In this document: positions 37,670-48,200 of the stretch, piece by piece
Layout: each line of letters opens with the position of its first letter
How positions within the stretch are numbered: the first letter of the stretch is position 1
Source of the DNA: Berkelbacteria bacterium GW2011_GWE1_39_12
Lineage (GTDB): Bacteria > Patescibacteriota > UBA1384 > UBA12157
Assembly: GCA_001029735.1 (NCBI GenBank)
Contig: CP011213.1
Location: forward strand, 140,087 to 204,086
Direction of reading: 5' to 3'
DNA: 64,000 bases
Made by a program: the position numbers and the translations under genes
Notes under the pieces: generated by a model
The model's input: the letters and a program-made list of their open reading frames with translations, nothing else
Database searches by the model: none
What the model was told of the DNA's origin: nothing

Positions 37670-37867
37670 TTATTCGACTACTTCTTCTTCCTCTTCTTCG
37701 TCATCTTCGCCTTCTTCATCTTCTTCTTCAGTCTCTTCTTCTGCTGTTTCGTCTGCAGCTGCCGGCGTCTCAGTTTCTTCTACGGTTTCTTCTTCATCTT
37801 CTTCTGCGTCAGTTGTTGCAGCATCGTCACCTTGGACATCACTGGCCTGGTTCATGTCATCGTTCAT
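37670..37867 (-). CDS. Extremely acidic small protein, 65 aa and >55% Asp+Glu.
   Basis: MNDDMNQASDVQGDDAATTDAEEDEEETVEETETP...EEEEEEVVE. It has its own terminator and sits between proS and uvrB. Confidence 0.55.
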   Translation of the reverse strand: MNDDMNQASDVQGDDAATTDAEEDEEETVEETETPAAADETAEEETEEEDEEGEDDEEEEEEVVE

Positions 37868-37911
37868 TCTTCCTCCTCTGCCCCACCGGGGCTTAACTTA
37901 CTTACTTTCTT

Positions 37912-39132
37912 TCATTTTCGCAAGTCAGACAGTATGTTGTCAACATCTGTCAAGATAGTTTCTTTTTCCCCTCGCTTTTTGAGTTCAACTTTGCCCTCTG
38001 CAATAGTTTTTTTAGAAATCACTACTCTGTAAGGAATGCCAAGTAAGTCTGCATCTGAAAATTTAATTCCGGCACTAACTTCGCGATCATCAAAAATCAC
38101 GTCGATACCTAAATCCGTGAGTTGATTGTATATTTCTTCCCCTTTTGAGCCTTCTAAATCAATTAAATAAACTTTCGCAGGCGCGATATTTTCTGGCCAA
38201 ATTAAGCCGTATTCGTCGTTACTTGTTTCAGCTACAGCACCAACTAATCTGTCTAAGCCAATACCATAACATCCCATTATAACTGGTTTAGATTCACCTT
38301 TTTCGTCAGTAAAATTAAGGCCAAACTTTTCTGAATATTTTGTTCTAAGTTTAAAAATGTGAGCTAGTTCGATTCCCTTTTCTTCTTTAAGGTCATTGCC
38401 GCAAGTACATTTATTATTTTCTGGTTTTACTTCAGCGTTAAAAGCTTTACCACATTTGTCACAAAGCAAAATCCGGTCTTCTCCGACCGGCGTAATAACC
38501 ATAAATTCTCTTGAGTCCTTACCGCCCATCATACCGGAATCTGCCTCAACCATAATAGCTTTTATCCCAACTCTTTCGAAGATTTTTTTATAAGCGTCGA
38601 TGAAATCATCAAAAGTTTTATCAAGCTGTTCGTCGTTGGCGTGAAAGCTATAAGCATCTTGCATATTAAAATCGCGCAAGCGGATCATGCCGCCCCTGGG
38701 CCTCGCTTCATAACGAATCTTTTTGGAAATTTGATTCAAGGTAAACGGCAGGTCTTGGAAACTGGAAACTTTTTCTTTTGCCATCGGCGTCATTACTTCT
38801 TCATGCGTCATAGCTAAAACAAATTCTGCTTCACGCGAAGTGTTAACTTTGAGAAGTTCATCGCCGATTTCTTCAAATCTACCCGAAGTTTTCCACAGCT
38901 CGGATGGATGTAAAACAGGCAAAGAAACTTCTTGGCAGCCGATTGCACCAAGTTCTTCTCGAACAATTCGGCAAATATTTTCATAAACTTTATATCCCAA
39001 TGGCAAATAAGCAAAAATACCAGAACCAACTTGGTAAATGAACGACCCTCGTTCTAATAGGGCTTGGTTTATGGAATTGGCGCCTCTTGGCGTTTCTTTT
39101 TTGGTTTTGATAAAGCTCTGGGAATATTTCAA
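37912..39132 (-). CDS. proS: Prolyl-tRNA synthetase, compact 406 aa form without an insertion/editing domain.
   Basis: The N-terminus aligns with bacterial ProRS (MKYSQSFIKTKKETP...SGIFAYLPLG). Class II motifs and a C-terminal anticodon-binding domain are present. Confidence 0.85.
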   Translation of the reverse strand: MKYSQSFIKTKKETPRGANSINQALLERGSFIYQVGSGIFAYLPLGYKVYENICRIVREELGAIGCQEVSLPVLHPSELWKTSGRFEEIGDELLKVNTSREAEFVLAMTHEEVMTPMAKEKVSSFQDLPFTLNQISKKIRYEARPRGGMIRLRDFNMQDAYSFHANDEQLDKTFDDFIDAYKKIFERVGIKAIMVEADSGMMGGKDSREFMVITPVGEDRILLCDKCGKAFNAEVKPENNKCTCGNDLKEEKGIELAHIFKLRTKYSEKFGLNFTDEKGESKPVIMGCYGIGLDRLVGAVAETSNDEYGLIWPENIAPAKVYLIDLEGSKGEEIYNQLTDLGIDVIFDDREVSAGIKFSDADLLGIPYRVVISKKTIAEGKVELKKRGEKETILTDVDNILSDLRK

Positions 39133-39134
39133 AA

Positions 39135-40190
39135 TTACCTCCTAATAATATCGCGATAAGTGATGGCGATCATAAGTATAATTAATAAGGCAAAGCCAAT
39201 CATGTGAATCCAGTTTTCAACTTCTTGACGTATAACCTTTTTTCTAAAAATTCCTTCAAGAGCAAGAAATAAAACCTTGCCACCATCGAGCGCTGGAAAC
39301 GGCAAAATATTAATAATGCCTAGGTTTATGCTCAATAAGATGACCAATTGCAAAACATAAATCCAGCCGATTTTGATCGCTTCTGAGGTGAAATTAAATA
39401 AGCCAACTGGTCCAGAAACAGACTCTCCTTCTGGACCAGTGTGTCCAGTTGTGAAAATATTTCTTAAAATGTCATAGATAAAAACAAAGAACGTTTTAAT
39501 CACAAGGCCAGTTTCTTTGACTGAGGTACCAAAAGCTTGGAAAAATCCTTGCTTAACCTTGGTAATGGAAATTATCCCAACTCCCAATGGTGCTTCCTTG
39601 TCGGCTGATAAAGTCACGTTTAAATCTTTTGATTGATTCTGCTTTTCTGTTGAGAAAACTACAGATTGACCAATATGTTCTTGAGTGTATTTTTGCAAAT
39701 CTGTAGTTGAATCAAAGCCATTTAAAATAGTGCCATTAGTAATACCGGCTTTTTCAGCAGGCGAATCTTTTTGAACGTAAGCGATCATTACTTTAGAATC
39801 TTTTTGGCCAGCCATCGTCGCCGGATCGGAGACTAAAGGCGTCATGCCGATCATAAAACCGATCGCCATTAAAATAATAGCTAAGACAAAGTTCATAACC
39901 ACACCAGCAACAACAATGGCGATTCGCTGAAGGACGGTTTTACCCATAAATGAATTGGCGGCATGGCTTTGGCCTTCTTCGCCAAAAAGTTTAACATATC
40001 CGCCCAATGGAATAGCATTAATTGAATAATTTGTTTCGCCCCTTTTAACAGTAAACAGTCTGGGCGGAAAACCAAAAGCGAATTCCTCAACTTTAACTTT
40101 GGCTAATTTAGCCACCAAAAAATGGCCGGCCTCATGAACAAAGATCAGGAGCCCTAGGATAGCAATGAAAACGATTATAGTTAAAATCAT
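39135..40190 (-). CDS. rseP: RIP metalloprotease RseP (site-2 protease family).
   Basis: The HEAGHFLVAKL HExxH motif sits in the first transmembrane helix. A PDZ-like middle region and a C-terminal LDGG motif follow. Confidence 0.85.
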   Translation of the reverse strand: MILTIIVFIAILGLLIFVHEAGHFLVAKLAKVKVEEFAFGFPPRLFTVKRGETNYSINAIPLGGYVKLFGEEGQSHAANSFMGKTVLQRIAIVVAGVVMNFVLAIILMAIGFMIGMTPLVSDPATMAGQKDSKVMIAYVQKDSPAEKAGITNGTILNGFDSTTDLQKYTQEHIGQSVVFSTEKQNQSKDLNVTLSADKEAPLGVGIISITKVKQGFFQAFGTSVKETGLVIKTFFVFIYDILRNIFTTGHTGPEGESVSGPVGLFNFTSEAIKIGWIYVLQLVILLSINLGIINILPFPALDGGKVLFLALEGIFRKKVIRQEVENWIHMIGFALLIILMIAITYRDIIRR

Positions 40191-40747
40191 ATCTGTTTTA
40201 GTTCTTTTTCTTTAGCGTCAATCACTGTTTTAATTTGATTGTTTGCGTCTTCGATCATTTTATTTAGATCTTTTTCCCCTTGATAAAGATCGTCTTCTGT
40301 CAATTCCCCAGACTTTTTTTCAGCTTGAATATCTTCCCAGGCAGTTTGACGCACATTTCGGAGGGCGATACGAGCGCTTTCGGCTTTCTGATGAATCAAT
40401 TTAATGAAATCATTGCGCCGTTCTTCTGTTAATGGTGGCAAGGAAATACGGATAACACGACCATCGTTGGCAGTGCTAAAACCCATATCGGAATTCTTTA
40501 ATCCGTTTTCAATATCATTTAAAGCATTAGCATCCCATGGTTGGACAACAATCAAAAAAGCGTCCGGCGTAGTAATATTGGCCATATTTTTTAAAGGCGT
40601 TTGGGCGCCGTAGTAAGAGATCATAATATTTTCAATTAAAGAACCGCTAGCTTTGCCGGTGCGCACCGTACGCAGGTCTTCGACCAGTTTATCGGTTACT
40701 TCATTCATCTTAGGCTTCAATTGATTTAGGATTGGTTGTAGAGCCAT
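40187..40747 (-). CDS. frr: Ribosome recycling factor.
   Basis: The 186 aa Frr sequence has conserved RxISLPPLTEERR segments. Confidence 0.95.
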   Translation of the reverse strand: MALQPILNQLKPKMNEVTDKLVEDLRTVRTGKASGSLIENIMISYYGAQTPLKNMANITTPDAFLIVVQPWDANALNDIENGLKNSDMGFSTANDGRVIRISLPPLTEERRNDFIKLIHQKAESARIALRNVRQTAWEDIQAEKKSGELTEDDLYQGEKDLNKMIEDANNQIKTVIDAKEKELKQI

Positions 40748-40790
40748 ATTCCTCCCTTATCTTTTATTACTTATTACTATAAAGAGAAGG

Positions 40791-41255
40791 CTATTCTCTT
40801 CCCTCTTCTTCCCCTAATTCATAACGAACGAAACGGTTAACTTTAATATTTTCACGAATTTTAGCAATTTTAGAATTAATCAAATCTTCGATGGTCATTT
40901 TTGAATCCATGATGAATTCTTGTTTAAGCAATTCATCAATATTTTTTGGACTCATGGAAGCAATTTGCATTGCGACTTGATGGGCCAATTCTTTGAATTC
41001 AGCGTTCTTGGCAACGAAATCACTTTCCGATGCCAATTCCAACATCACACCGATTCTTCCACTGTGAACATAGGTTTCGATTAAACCATGTTTAGTGGCG
41101 CGTTCTGCTTTCTTTTTGGCAATCGCAGCAGCGTTACCGGCTAATATTTTTTTAGCTTCTTCAAAGTTTCCTTTGGCCTCTTCGAGCGCATTTTTACAAT
41201 CCATTACGCCGGCGCCAGTTTCTTCTCTTAATTTTGCGATTTCACTAGCTGTCAT
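40791..41255 (-). CDS. tsf: Elongation factor Ts, short 154 aa form.
   Basis: The N-terminal UBA-like domain (LREETGAGVMDCKNALEEAKGN) and a single dimerisation core are present. Confidence 0.8.
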   Translation of the reverse strand: MTASEIAKLREETGAGVMDCKNALEEAKGNFEEAKKILAGNAAAIAKKKAERATKHGLIETYVHSGRIGVMLELASESDFVAKNAEFKELAHQVAMQIASMSPKNIDELLKQEFIMDSKMTIEDLINSKIAKIRENIKVNRFVRYELGEEEGRE

Positions 41256-41272
41256 ATCTTCTCCTCTAATTT

Positions 41273-42067
41273 TTATTTCTTCTCTGCTTTTACAGATGGT
41301 TTAGCAGGCTTTTTGTCTTCTTTTGCTTCTTCTTTTTTCGCAGGTGTTTCAGTTTTAACTTCCGCTTTAGGCGCTTCTACATTTTTCATGCCTTCGCCTT
41401 CCAAAACAGCAGTTTCTACTAATTTCATCAACATATCGAGAGTTTTTGGAGCATCATCATTAGCTGGGATTGGATAAGTGACCATCTCTGGGTTAGCATC
41501 AGTATCACAGATAGCGGCGATCGGAATTTCCATGCGGTTTCCTTCTTCGAGAGCTAATTTTTCTTTAGCCGCATCAATAACAAAAATCGCATCTGGTAAA
41601 TTTCTCATTTTTCTAACACCACCAAAAGTGCTCATCAACTTTTCAATCTTATCTGTAATAACTTTCTTTTCTTTTTTGGTTAAAAGATCAAATTCCGGTG
41701 AATTGGTTTTGGCTTCTAAAGTATCTAACTGAGTGATATTTCTTCGGATAGTTTCAAAGTTGGTAAGAGTTCCACCCAACCAACGGTGACTGATGTAAGG
41801 CATGCCAGTATTTTCAGCCACTTTTTGGGTTAAAACTTGCGCTTGTTTTTTGGTACCAACAAAAAGAATGGTTTTCCCTAAACTCGCTTGTTTCTTTAAA
41901 AATTCGAGAGCCGCTTCAAGACCTGAAAGGGTCTTTTCTAAATCGATAACATAAACACCTTCGCGGAGGGTAAAAGTAAATTCTTTGGCTTTAGGATGGC
42001 TGCGCTCTTTTTTGTGTCCGAAATGAGCACCTGCTTCCAGAAGTTCAATTAGTGTGGGCATTTGCAA
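41273..42067 (-). CDS. rpsB: 30S ribosomal protein S2 with a Lys/Glu-rich C-terminal extension.
   Basis: S2 signatures are present (GAHFGHKKERSHPK... and LPDAIFVID). Confidence 0.95.
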   Translation of the reverse strand: MQMPTLIELLEAGAHFGHKKERSHPKAKEFTFTLREGVYVIDLEKTLSGLEAALEFLKKQASLGKTILFVGTKKQAQVLTQKVAENTGMPYISHRWLGGTLTNFETIRRNITQLDTLEAKTNSPEFDLLTKKEKKVITDKIEKLMSTFGGVRKMRNLPDAIFVIDAAKEKLALEEGNRMEIPIAAICDTDANPEMVTYPIPANDDAPKTLDMLMKLVETAVLEGEGMKNVEAPKAEVKTETPAKKEEAKEDKKPAKPSVKAEKK

Positions 42068-42236
42068 GGTTTTCCTTTGTTGTGTCCACCAGGATCAAAA
42101 CCTAAGGGCAGATTTTAATAAATCTGACAGTGGCTAGGGATGGCGAACAAATTAATGTTTTTTATAATTACAAAGAAATCTTATCATATTTATGGTTAGA
42201 TGACAAGAGGTAAAGAAATAAAAAAAGAGGCAAGCT

Positions 42237-43031
42237 CTAGCTAAGCCTCTTGATCTGTGTGTAAATGTGCAAACTTAACTTTTTGAATTTTTCCCAGCTG
42301 AAGTTCGGATCAAATTCCTGAAACATCTTATCGCCATACTTTGAAATCACTTCACAGGTGCCCACGCTTCCATAGTCGAACATCCTTAGTTTTCCGTCTT
42401 CCAGACTGAAATTGGCAGGGTTAGCGAAAGCGTGTCCATCGGGAAAACATCCCATGTTGGTTATCTCTTGAAGATTACACCAAACATCGACTAACTCCAG
42501 AGTACATTCTTTCCCCGCTTTCTGAATGTTCAACAGCCCGAAAAACGAAAAGTATGTTGGCTGCAAAAAAGGATTCCGAGTTTTTACGTAAAACACAAAC
42601 TCGAGCCAATTCGCGTGAATCCCACCAAGGAGAAAATGAGGAATTGTTCCCCACATTTCTGGATGACAAAAAGTAAATTGCCAGATCCGTCGCCACCTTC
42701 TATGTTTAAAGACCAACCAAAACATAGTTCTGATTGCATTCCAGATATAGAATCGCGGTAACTTGACGGCGATTCTAATAGAAGGCAATACTACAACAAT
42801 TCTGGTGTATCCTTTGCAGATTTTCACAGTGATCTCCTCCCCCCTCAACCGATAATAACTTACAATTAAGCCTTTGACAAATAAATCTTTTTCTGATATA
42901 ATAATTTTGTTACTGAATAAAAAGGAAAAGCAAAAAAATAGCCAAGCATAGCTTGTCACGGAATTTTTCTCACTTATAATAATTAGATGGAAAAAATATG
43001 AAAAAAGATATTCACCCACAATACAATTCAA
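42237..43031 (-). CDS. Hypothetical Trp/Phe/Cys-rich protein, 264 aa, with an N-terminal hydrophobic region.
   Basis: This long ORF fills an otherwise empty 900 bp between rpsB and rpmE. The [11 protein letters not shown] and MFDYGSVG segments faintly resemble the catalytic and Mg-binding loops of protein-kinase-like folds. The real start is uncertain, and the ORF overlaps the rpmE start. Confidence 0.4.
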   Translation of the reverse strand: MNCIVGEYLFSYFFHLIIISEKNSVTSYAWLFFCFSFLFSNKIIISEKDLFVKGLIVSYYRLRGEEITVKICKGYTRIVVVLPSIRIAVKLPRFYIWNAIRTMFWLVFKHRRWRRIWQFTFCHPEMWGTIPHFLLGGIHANWLEFVFYVKTRNPFLQPTYFSFFGLLNIQKAGKECTLELVDVWCNLQEITNMGCFPDGHAFANPANFSLEDGKLRMFDYGSVGTCEVISKYGDKMFQEFDPNFSWEKFKKLSLHIYTQIKRLS

Positions 43032-43234
43032 ATGTTCCAGTTAAATGCTCCTGCGGCAACACTTTCGAAACCGGCTCAACCGCCGACAAGATTGAAGTCG
43101 AAGTTTGTTCAGCGTGCCATCCGTTCTACACCGGCACTGCCAAGTTCATCGACACCGCTGGCCGCGTCGACAAATTCCGTGCTAAGATGAAAACCGCGGA
43201 AGATTTAAAAGCAAAATCAAAAAAGTCTAAGTAG
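42998..43234 (+). CDS. rpmE: 50S ribosomal protein L31.
   Basis: MKKDIHPQY... with the CxxC...CxxC Zn-ribbon (CSCGN and CSACHP). Confidence 0.9.
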   Translation: MKKDIHPQYNSNVPVKCSCGNTFETGSTADKIEVEVCSACHPFYTGTAKFIDTAGRVDKFRAKMKTAEDLKAKSKKSK

Positions 43235-43245
43235 ATACTAAAAAA

Positions 43246-43286
43246 GACGGCTTTCGAGTATACTGTTACTAGAAGCCGTTTTTTAG
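43246..43286 (+). terminator. Intrinsic terminator after rpmE.
   Basis: The stem ACGGCTT/AAGCCGT is followed by TTTTTT. Confidence 0.5.
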
Positions 43287-43307
43287 TAAAAAATAAAGGG
43301 AAATAAG

Positions 43308-44390
43308 ATGCAAGAAATACCAGTTGAAAGACTGCAATCAATTTTAAACCGATTTAAAGAATTGAGCCAAATGGCGCAAGACCCTGCTGTAATTAGCAAT
43401 CAACAAGAATTACAAAAAATCTTGATTGAAAAAAATAGTCTTGAAGAGCTTTCTCATTTAATTACCGAATATTTCGAATTACAAAAAGAAATCGATGAAT
43501 ATGAAAAGTTTTCAACAGAAGGCGACGAAACATTAATTGAAATGGCCAAAACAGAGTTGCCGGTTTTACGTGGCGCCATCGCTGAACTTGCGCCTAAATT
43601 AAAAGTCGCTTTATTACCAAAAGACAGTAATGATGAAAAAAACGTTATTGTTGAAATTAAACCCGGCGCTGGCGGTGATGAATCGGAACTTTTTGCGGCT
43701 GAACTTTTTCACATGTATAACGCTTTTGCCTCAAAAAATGGCTGGCGCATTGAAATTCTCTCTTCACAAGCAAGCTCTTTGGGCGGATTTAAAAATTTAA
43801 CTTTTGAAATATCGGGCGATCATGTTTACGCCAAGATGCGTTATGAAAGCGGTGTCCATCGAGTACAACGTGTTCCTGATACAGAAAAAGCTGGACGAGT
43901 TCACACTTCGACCGTAACTGTCGCCGTTTTACCAAAAGCCGAAGAAAACGACTTGGAGATAAAACAAGAAGATTTGCGCATTGATGTCTACCGCTCTGGT
44001 GGACATGGCGGTCAATCTGTTAATACAACTGATTCAGCTGTTCGCATCACTCACTTACCTTCCGGTTTAGTAGTTACTTGCCAAGATGAAAAAAGCCAAC
44101 TTAAAAATAAAGCCAAAGCTATGGGCGTTTTGCGCTCTCGCTTAAAAGCGTTGGAAGATGAGCGAATTAGCAAAGAACGTGGAGATCTTCGCCGCAGTCA
44201 AGTTGGCACAGGCGATCGCAGTGAAAAAATTCGGACATATAATTTTCCGCAAGATAGAATTACCGATCACCGCATCAATCAATCTTGGCATAATATTGGC
44301 AAGATTTTAGCTGGTGATTTGGAACCAATAATTTCATCATTAACCACCGAAGATCAATCCAGAAAATTATCTCTACAAGAAAATATGTAA
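43308..44390 (+). CDS. prfA: Peptide chain release factor 1.
   Basis: The GGQ motif ([25 protein letters not shown]) is present, with an RF1-type tripeptide region (PDT in place of the canonical PAT). The gene is followed by prmC. Confidence 0.9.
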   Translation: MQEIPVERLQSILNRFKELSQMAQDPAVISNQQELQKILIEKNSLEELSHLITEYFELQKEIDEYEKFSTEGDETLIEMAKTELPVLRGAIAELAPKLKVALLPKDSNDEKNVIVEIKPGAGGDESELFAAELFHMYNAFASKNGWRIEILSSQASSLGGFKNLTFEISGDHVYAKMRYESGVHRVQRVPDTEKAGRVHTSTVTVAVLPKAEENDLEIKQEDLRIDVYRSGGHGGQSVNTTDSAVRITHLPSGLVVTCQDEKSQLKNKAKAMGVLRSRLKALEDERISKERGDLRRSQVGTGDRSEKIRTYNFPQDRITDHRINQSWHNIGKILAGDLEPIISSLTTEDQSRKLSLQENM

Positions 44391-45226
44391 TGACCACCAA
44401 ACAAATCTATCGCCTTTCAACTCAAAAACTAAAAGAGGCGGGGATTAAGAGCTCGGAAATTGATGCTCGTCTTTTGATTTGCCATGCACTAAATATTTCA
44501 CCAGAGAAATTTATCATTGACTCTGAAAAAGAAATCTCCTTTGTTAAAATCAGAAAAATAAATAATCTGATAAAAAAACGAGCTTTAAATATCCCTGTCG
44601 CCTATTTAACAGGTGAGAAGGAATTTTTTGGATTAAATTTTCGCGTCAACAAAAATGTTCTGATTCCCCGCCCGGAAACTGAGTGGATAGTTGAAAAGTC
44701 TATAAAGTCCGTAAAGCCGAAAGTAGACAAAATCAAAGTTCTGGATATGGGAACAGGAACGGGCAATATTATCATTTCATTGGCTATAAATTCCGACGCC
44801 GATTTTTTCGCCTGTGATATTTCGGCTGATGCTCTGGCGGTCGCCAAGCAAAACGCCAAACGAAATAACATTGAGGAAAAAATTAAATTTTATGAATCTG
44901 ATTTATTTTCGAATAAAAAATTAAAACAAAAATTTAATTTGATCATTGCCAATCTTCCATACGTGCCAAAAAAAGATAAAGATAAATCAGTTAAGTTTGA
45001 GCCAGTAAATGCTATTTTTGCCAACGATAACGGCAGCGAAATTATTAAGCGATTTCTTAAACAGGCGCCAAATTATTTACAATCGAATGGCACAATTTTA
45101 ATTGAACTCGATCCTCGCAACGCAAATGAACTCAAATCTTTCGCAAAAAAATATTTCCCTGATCAAAAAATCGGGCTGGAAGAAGACTTGGCCGGTTTTT
45201 TGAGATATTTGGTAGTCGAGAACTAA
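44390..45226 (+). CDS. prmC: Release factor glutamine-N5 methyltransferase.
   Basis: The SAM-binding motif (LDMGTGTGNI) and the catalytic NLPY motif (a variant of NPPY) are present. The start overlaps the prfA stop by 1 nt. Confidence 0.85.
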   Translation: MTTKQIYRLSTQKLKEAGIKSSEIDARLLICHALNISPEKFIIDSEKEISFVKIRKINNLIKKRALNIPVAYLTGEKEFFGLNFRVNKNVLIPRPETEWIVEKSIKSVKPKVDKIKVLDMGTGTGNIIISLAINSDADFFACDISADALAVAKQNAKRNNIEEKIKFYESDLFSNKKLKQKFNLIIANLPYVPKKDKDKSVKFEPVNAIFANDNGSEIIKRFLKQAPNYLQSNGTILIELDPRNANELKSFAKKYFPDQKIGLEEDLAGFLRYLVVEN

Positions 45227-48200
45227 TTTATCTTGACCTTATATGTAGCTGTGAAAACTTTGCCAATATCTAAACTATTCACATTCCAGATGATTTCATT
45301 ATTAATTAGGCTCCCGCTATTAGACGCTGAGTTGGCCACGTAGGTTGTCAAATTTGGTATTAAAGCGTTAACCTTAATATTCTTTATTGCCGTCCCAACA
45401 CTGTTAACAAAGTTAACGGTATATGTAATTATCCCGCCTGAGCTCGATTCAGCTTTGTCTGCCATTATGGTCACGGAACCGCCGCCTAGTTGCTTAATGT
45501 AGTTAAACATAGTTTTCCTAATATTGTCGAAAACTGCGTAATCAGTCGGATTCCCAGTCGACGAAACAGATTTGATTATCTCGTTTCCAAAACCATAATC
45601 GTTTTTTTTGTTTACGTAATCTTTTGTCCAATCCGACTTTACATTGGACAAAATATTTTCTAAAAATTGTTTAGCTTTAATAGCTGTCTGATCGTTTGGA
45701 TTAATTTTCAACCTTTCATCGATCAGCCGCTGTAGCGTCGCATAATATTTTCCATCTTTCGCCCCTTCTCTCATTGCTTCCAATGAAACCGAAGAATTTA
45801 TATTTCCATCCCATGTAGGATAGGCTAAAACATAATCGTAGGCTGTCCTCGGGAAAGCACGGTCACTGCAAATATCAAAATCATTAAATGAATCTCCGCC
45901 GGCATTATCGTAATAAACCCAGTTATAAATAATTTTTGTGTCCATCTTTTCAGCATAAAGTCCGCTCATAAAGCGGTTGTAAACAGGATCCCTTAACTGA
46001 GAATAATATGTTGTATAATAACCTTCAGAACCTTGAAGATATCCTGAATTATCAATTGCGCCTGTATGCCAAACCGGATAAATCCTATAGTCAATTAGCG
46101 GAGCGAGGGCAGGAATTTTACCAGTATATGATCCGCACAAATCTATCTCATTGCAATCTAATTCTATGTTTGCATTGGAACTATACGTTATAAATGTCTT
46201 TACTCCTTTTGCCTTTATAATTCGATCAATACGATCTTCTTGAATTCTCTTGGTTAAATCAACTCCTGGCTCGTCACTCGTTTCTAATATTAAAGTAACA
46301 TTTGTTTTGTTTTGTATATTAAAATTGTCCATAGACTGTTTTAATTCCAAAACGAGTTCTCCCATGGCATTAACAAACAATGGGTCTGAAAGTTGATCGT
46401 AAAGTGCAGAACTTTTTGTAAAATTTACATCTCTCTTTTGCAGCTGTTTGATTATCGTTGTCGCTGCTCCTCCGAGACCCTGATACATTGCCAGCTTTTG
46501 ATTAGCTCCTTTTTCAAAAGAAGAGTTGAGAGTGTTATTGAAGGATTCGGTATTAAATTTAAAAGGATTTGCGCTACTTCCATCACCAGTCATAGGGGTT
46601 ATTGTACTTACATTTCCTATCACAGTATCCATATCATGACTCACCATGTTTTGAATTGCTAAATCCTGATATTTAGAAGTTAATGCAGTGGGATTTGAAT
46701 AAGGATTTCTAGATATAGCATTGAAATGATTGGCGCTATCTAAAACTACCGGTAAGACATCAATTGTTATTGGTATCGTATCAACTTTTAATCCGCTTAT
46801 CATTATGTCAATGTTACCAGAATACATCCCGCCTGGTTGATTCTTCGGTAAATCAACTAAAAGATAAAATTGCTGTGTATGATGTAAAGAATCACTATTT
46901 AAATCCATTTTATCAAAATTTTCTAAACGATCAGGAAGAAGACCATAAGTATTTCCCGCAATACTGCCAACCCATTGTCTTTCTTCATAAACAACTTTTT
47001 TGATACTTAAATTAGCAGGTAAAATTGTATTGCCGCTAGAAGAAAATGACCCTATGTTAAACTGAAGATTTTTGAGATTATTTTTAGCGTAAATCGAAAA
47101 ATTGATTGGTTCCACTTCGCCGATTACAGAAAAAGCATTTATTGGTTTCTTTATCGTATCCTGTGCAGACGGCTTACTATAAGGTAGAACTAGCTCTATA
47201 GACGGGCTATTAAACCAGGTCAAATTACCGGCAACAGCTGGGGCGGGATTATTGTCCGGCAAATAGGCAGCCCTCATCACTCTTGTTCTTTTTTGAAATT
47301 CAATAAAAGCAGTTGAATCAGCCTGAACCAATTTATTTATTGAAATATAATCAATGACGAAAGCCGGATCGGCATCGCCGTCTTTCAAAGTAAGAGTTGG
47401 CATAGTGATTTTAAATTGATAATAACCATCAATTGGCTTTAGTGCTTTGGGGTTATCTTTGCTATTTAAAAATAATGTTTGACCTGTCAGCCAAGCCTGG
47501 TTGCCATATAGCCCCGTGTTATCAAAACCATATGAACCCGAAAAATAACTGCCCGTACTGGAATCGAACCAGGGACTCTTGTTTTGAATTGTCACCCCTT
47601 TTAGAACATTATGAGTAATGTAATCGCTATAGTGAAAAACATCTTTGTATCTTATCTCTACAATCATATCGGAATCATTGGCATTAAAATCTTTCGGCGC
47701 TGGAATTTTAATTTCAACAGTTTTTTTAGCTAGGACTTCTCGATAAGCAACATTTTCAGAATCAGTAATTACACCAGAAAAATTTTCTGCATCCATGGCT
47801 TTATTACCTTGGTTGTCGCTCAACACAGAAGAATTGGAGTTTAGACCAGAAAACTTAATACACCTAGAATCAATCGTATTTTGACAACCAAATTGTTTTG
47901 AGTTGAAACCTATTAAGGAAAAATCATCCCAATAAGTTGTACCCCTATTAATGCCAAAAAAAAGAATTTTGATTTTTACAGTATCTGCAGAATGTATTCT
48001 ATTGACTCCTTTATATTGTTTCCAATCTGTCGTAACAATCTGTCCTCCTGAAATTATTGATGTCCATGACCCAACAGAATTATTGTTACTATCAAGTTCT
48101 TGCCAACCAAAATATATCTTTTCTGTTCCGTTTCCTCCTTTTATAAAAACTGACATCTCATAGTAATCATTTTTATTTACAGGTAATTCCTGATTGGAAA

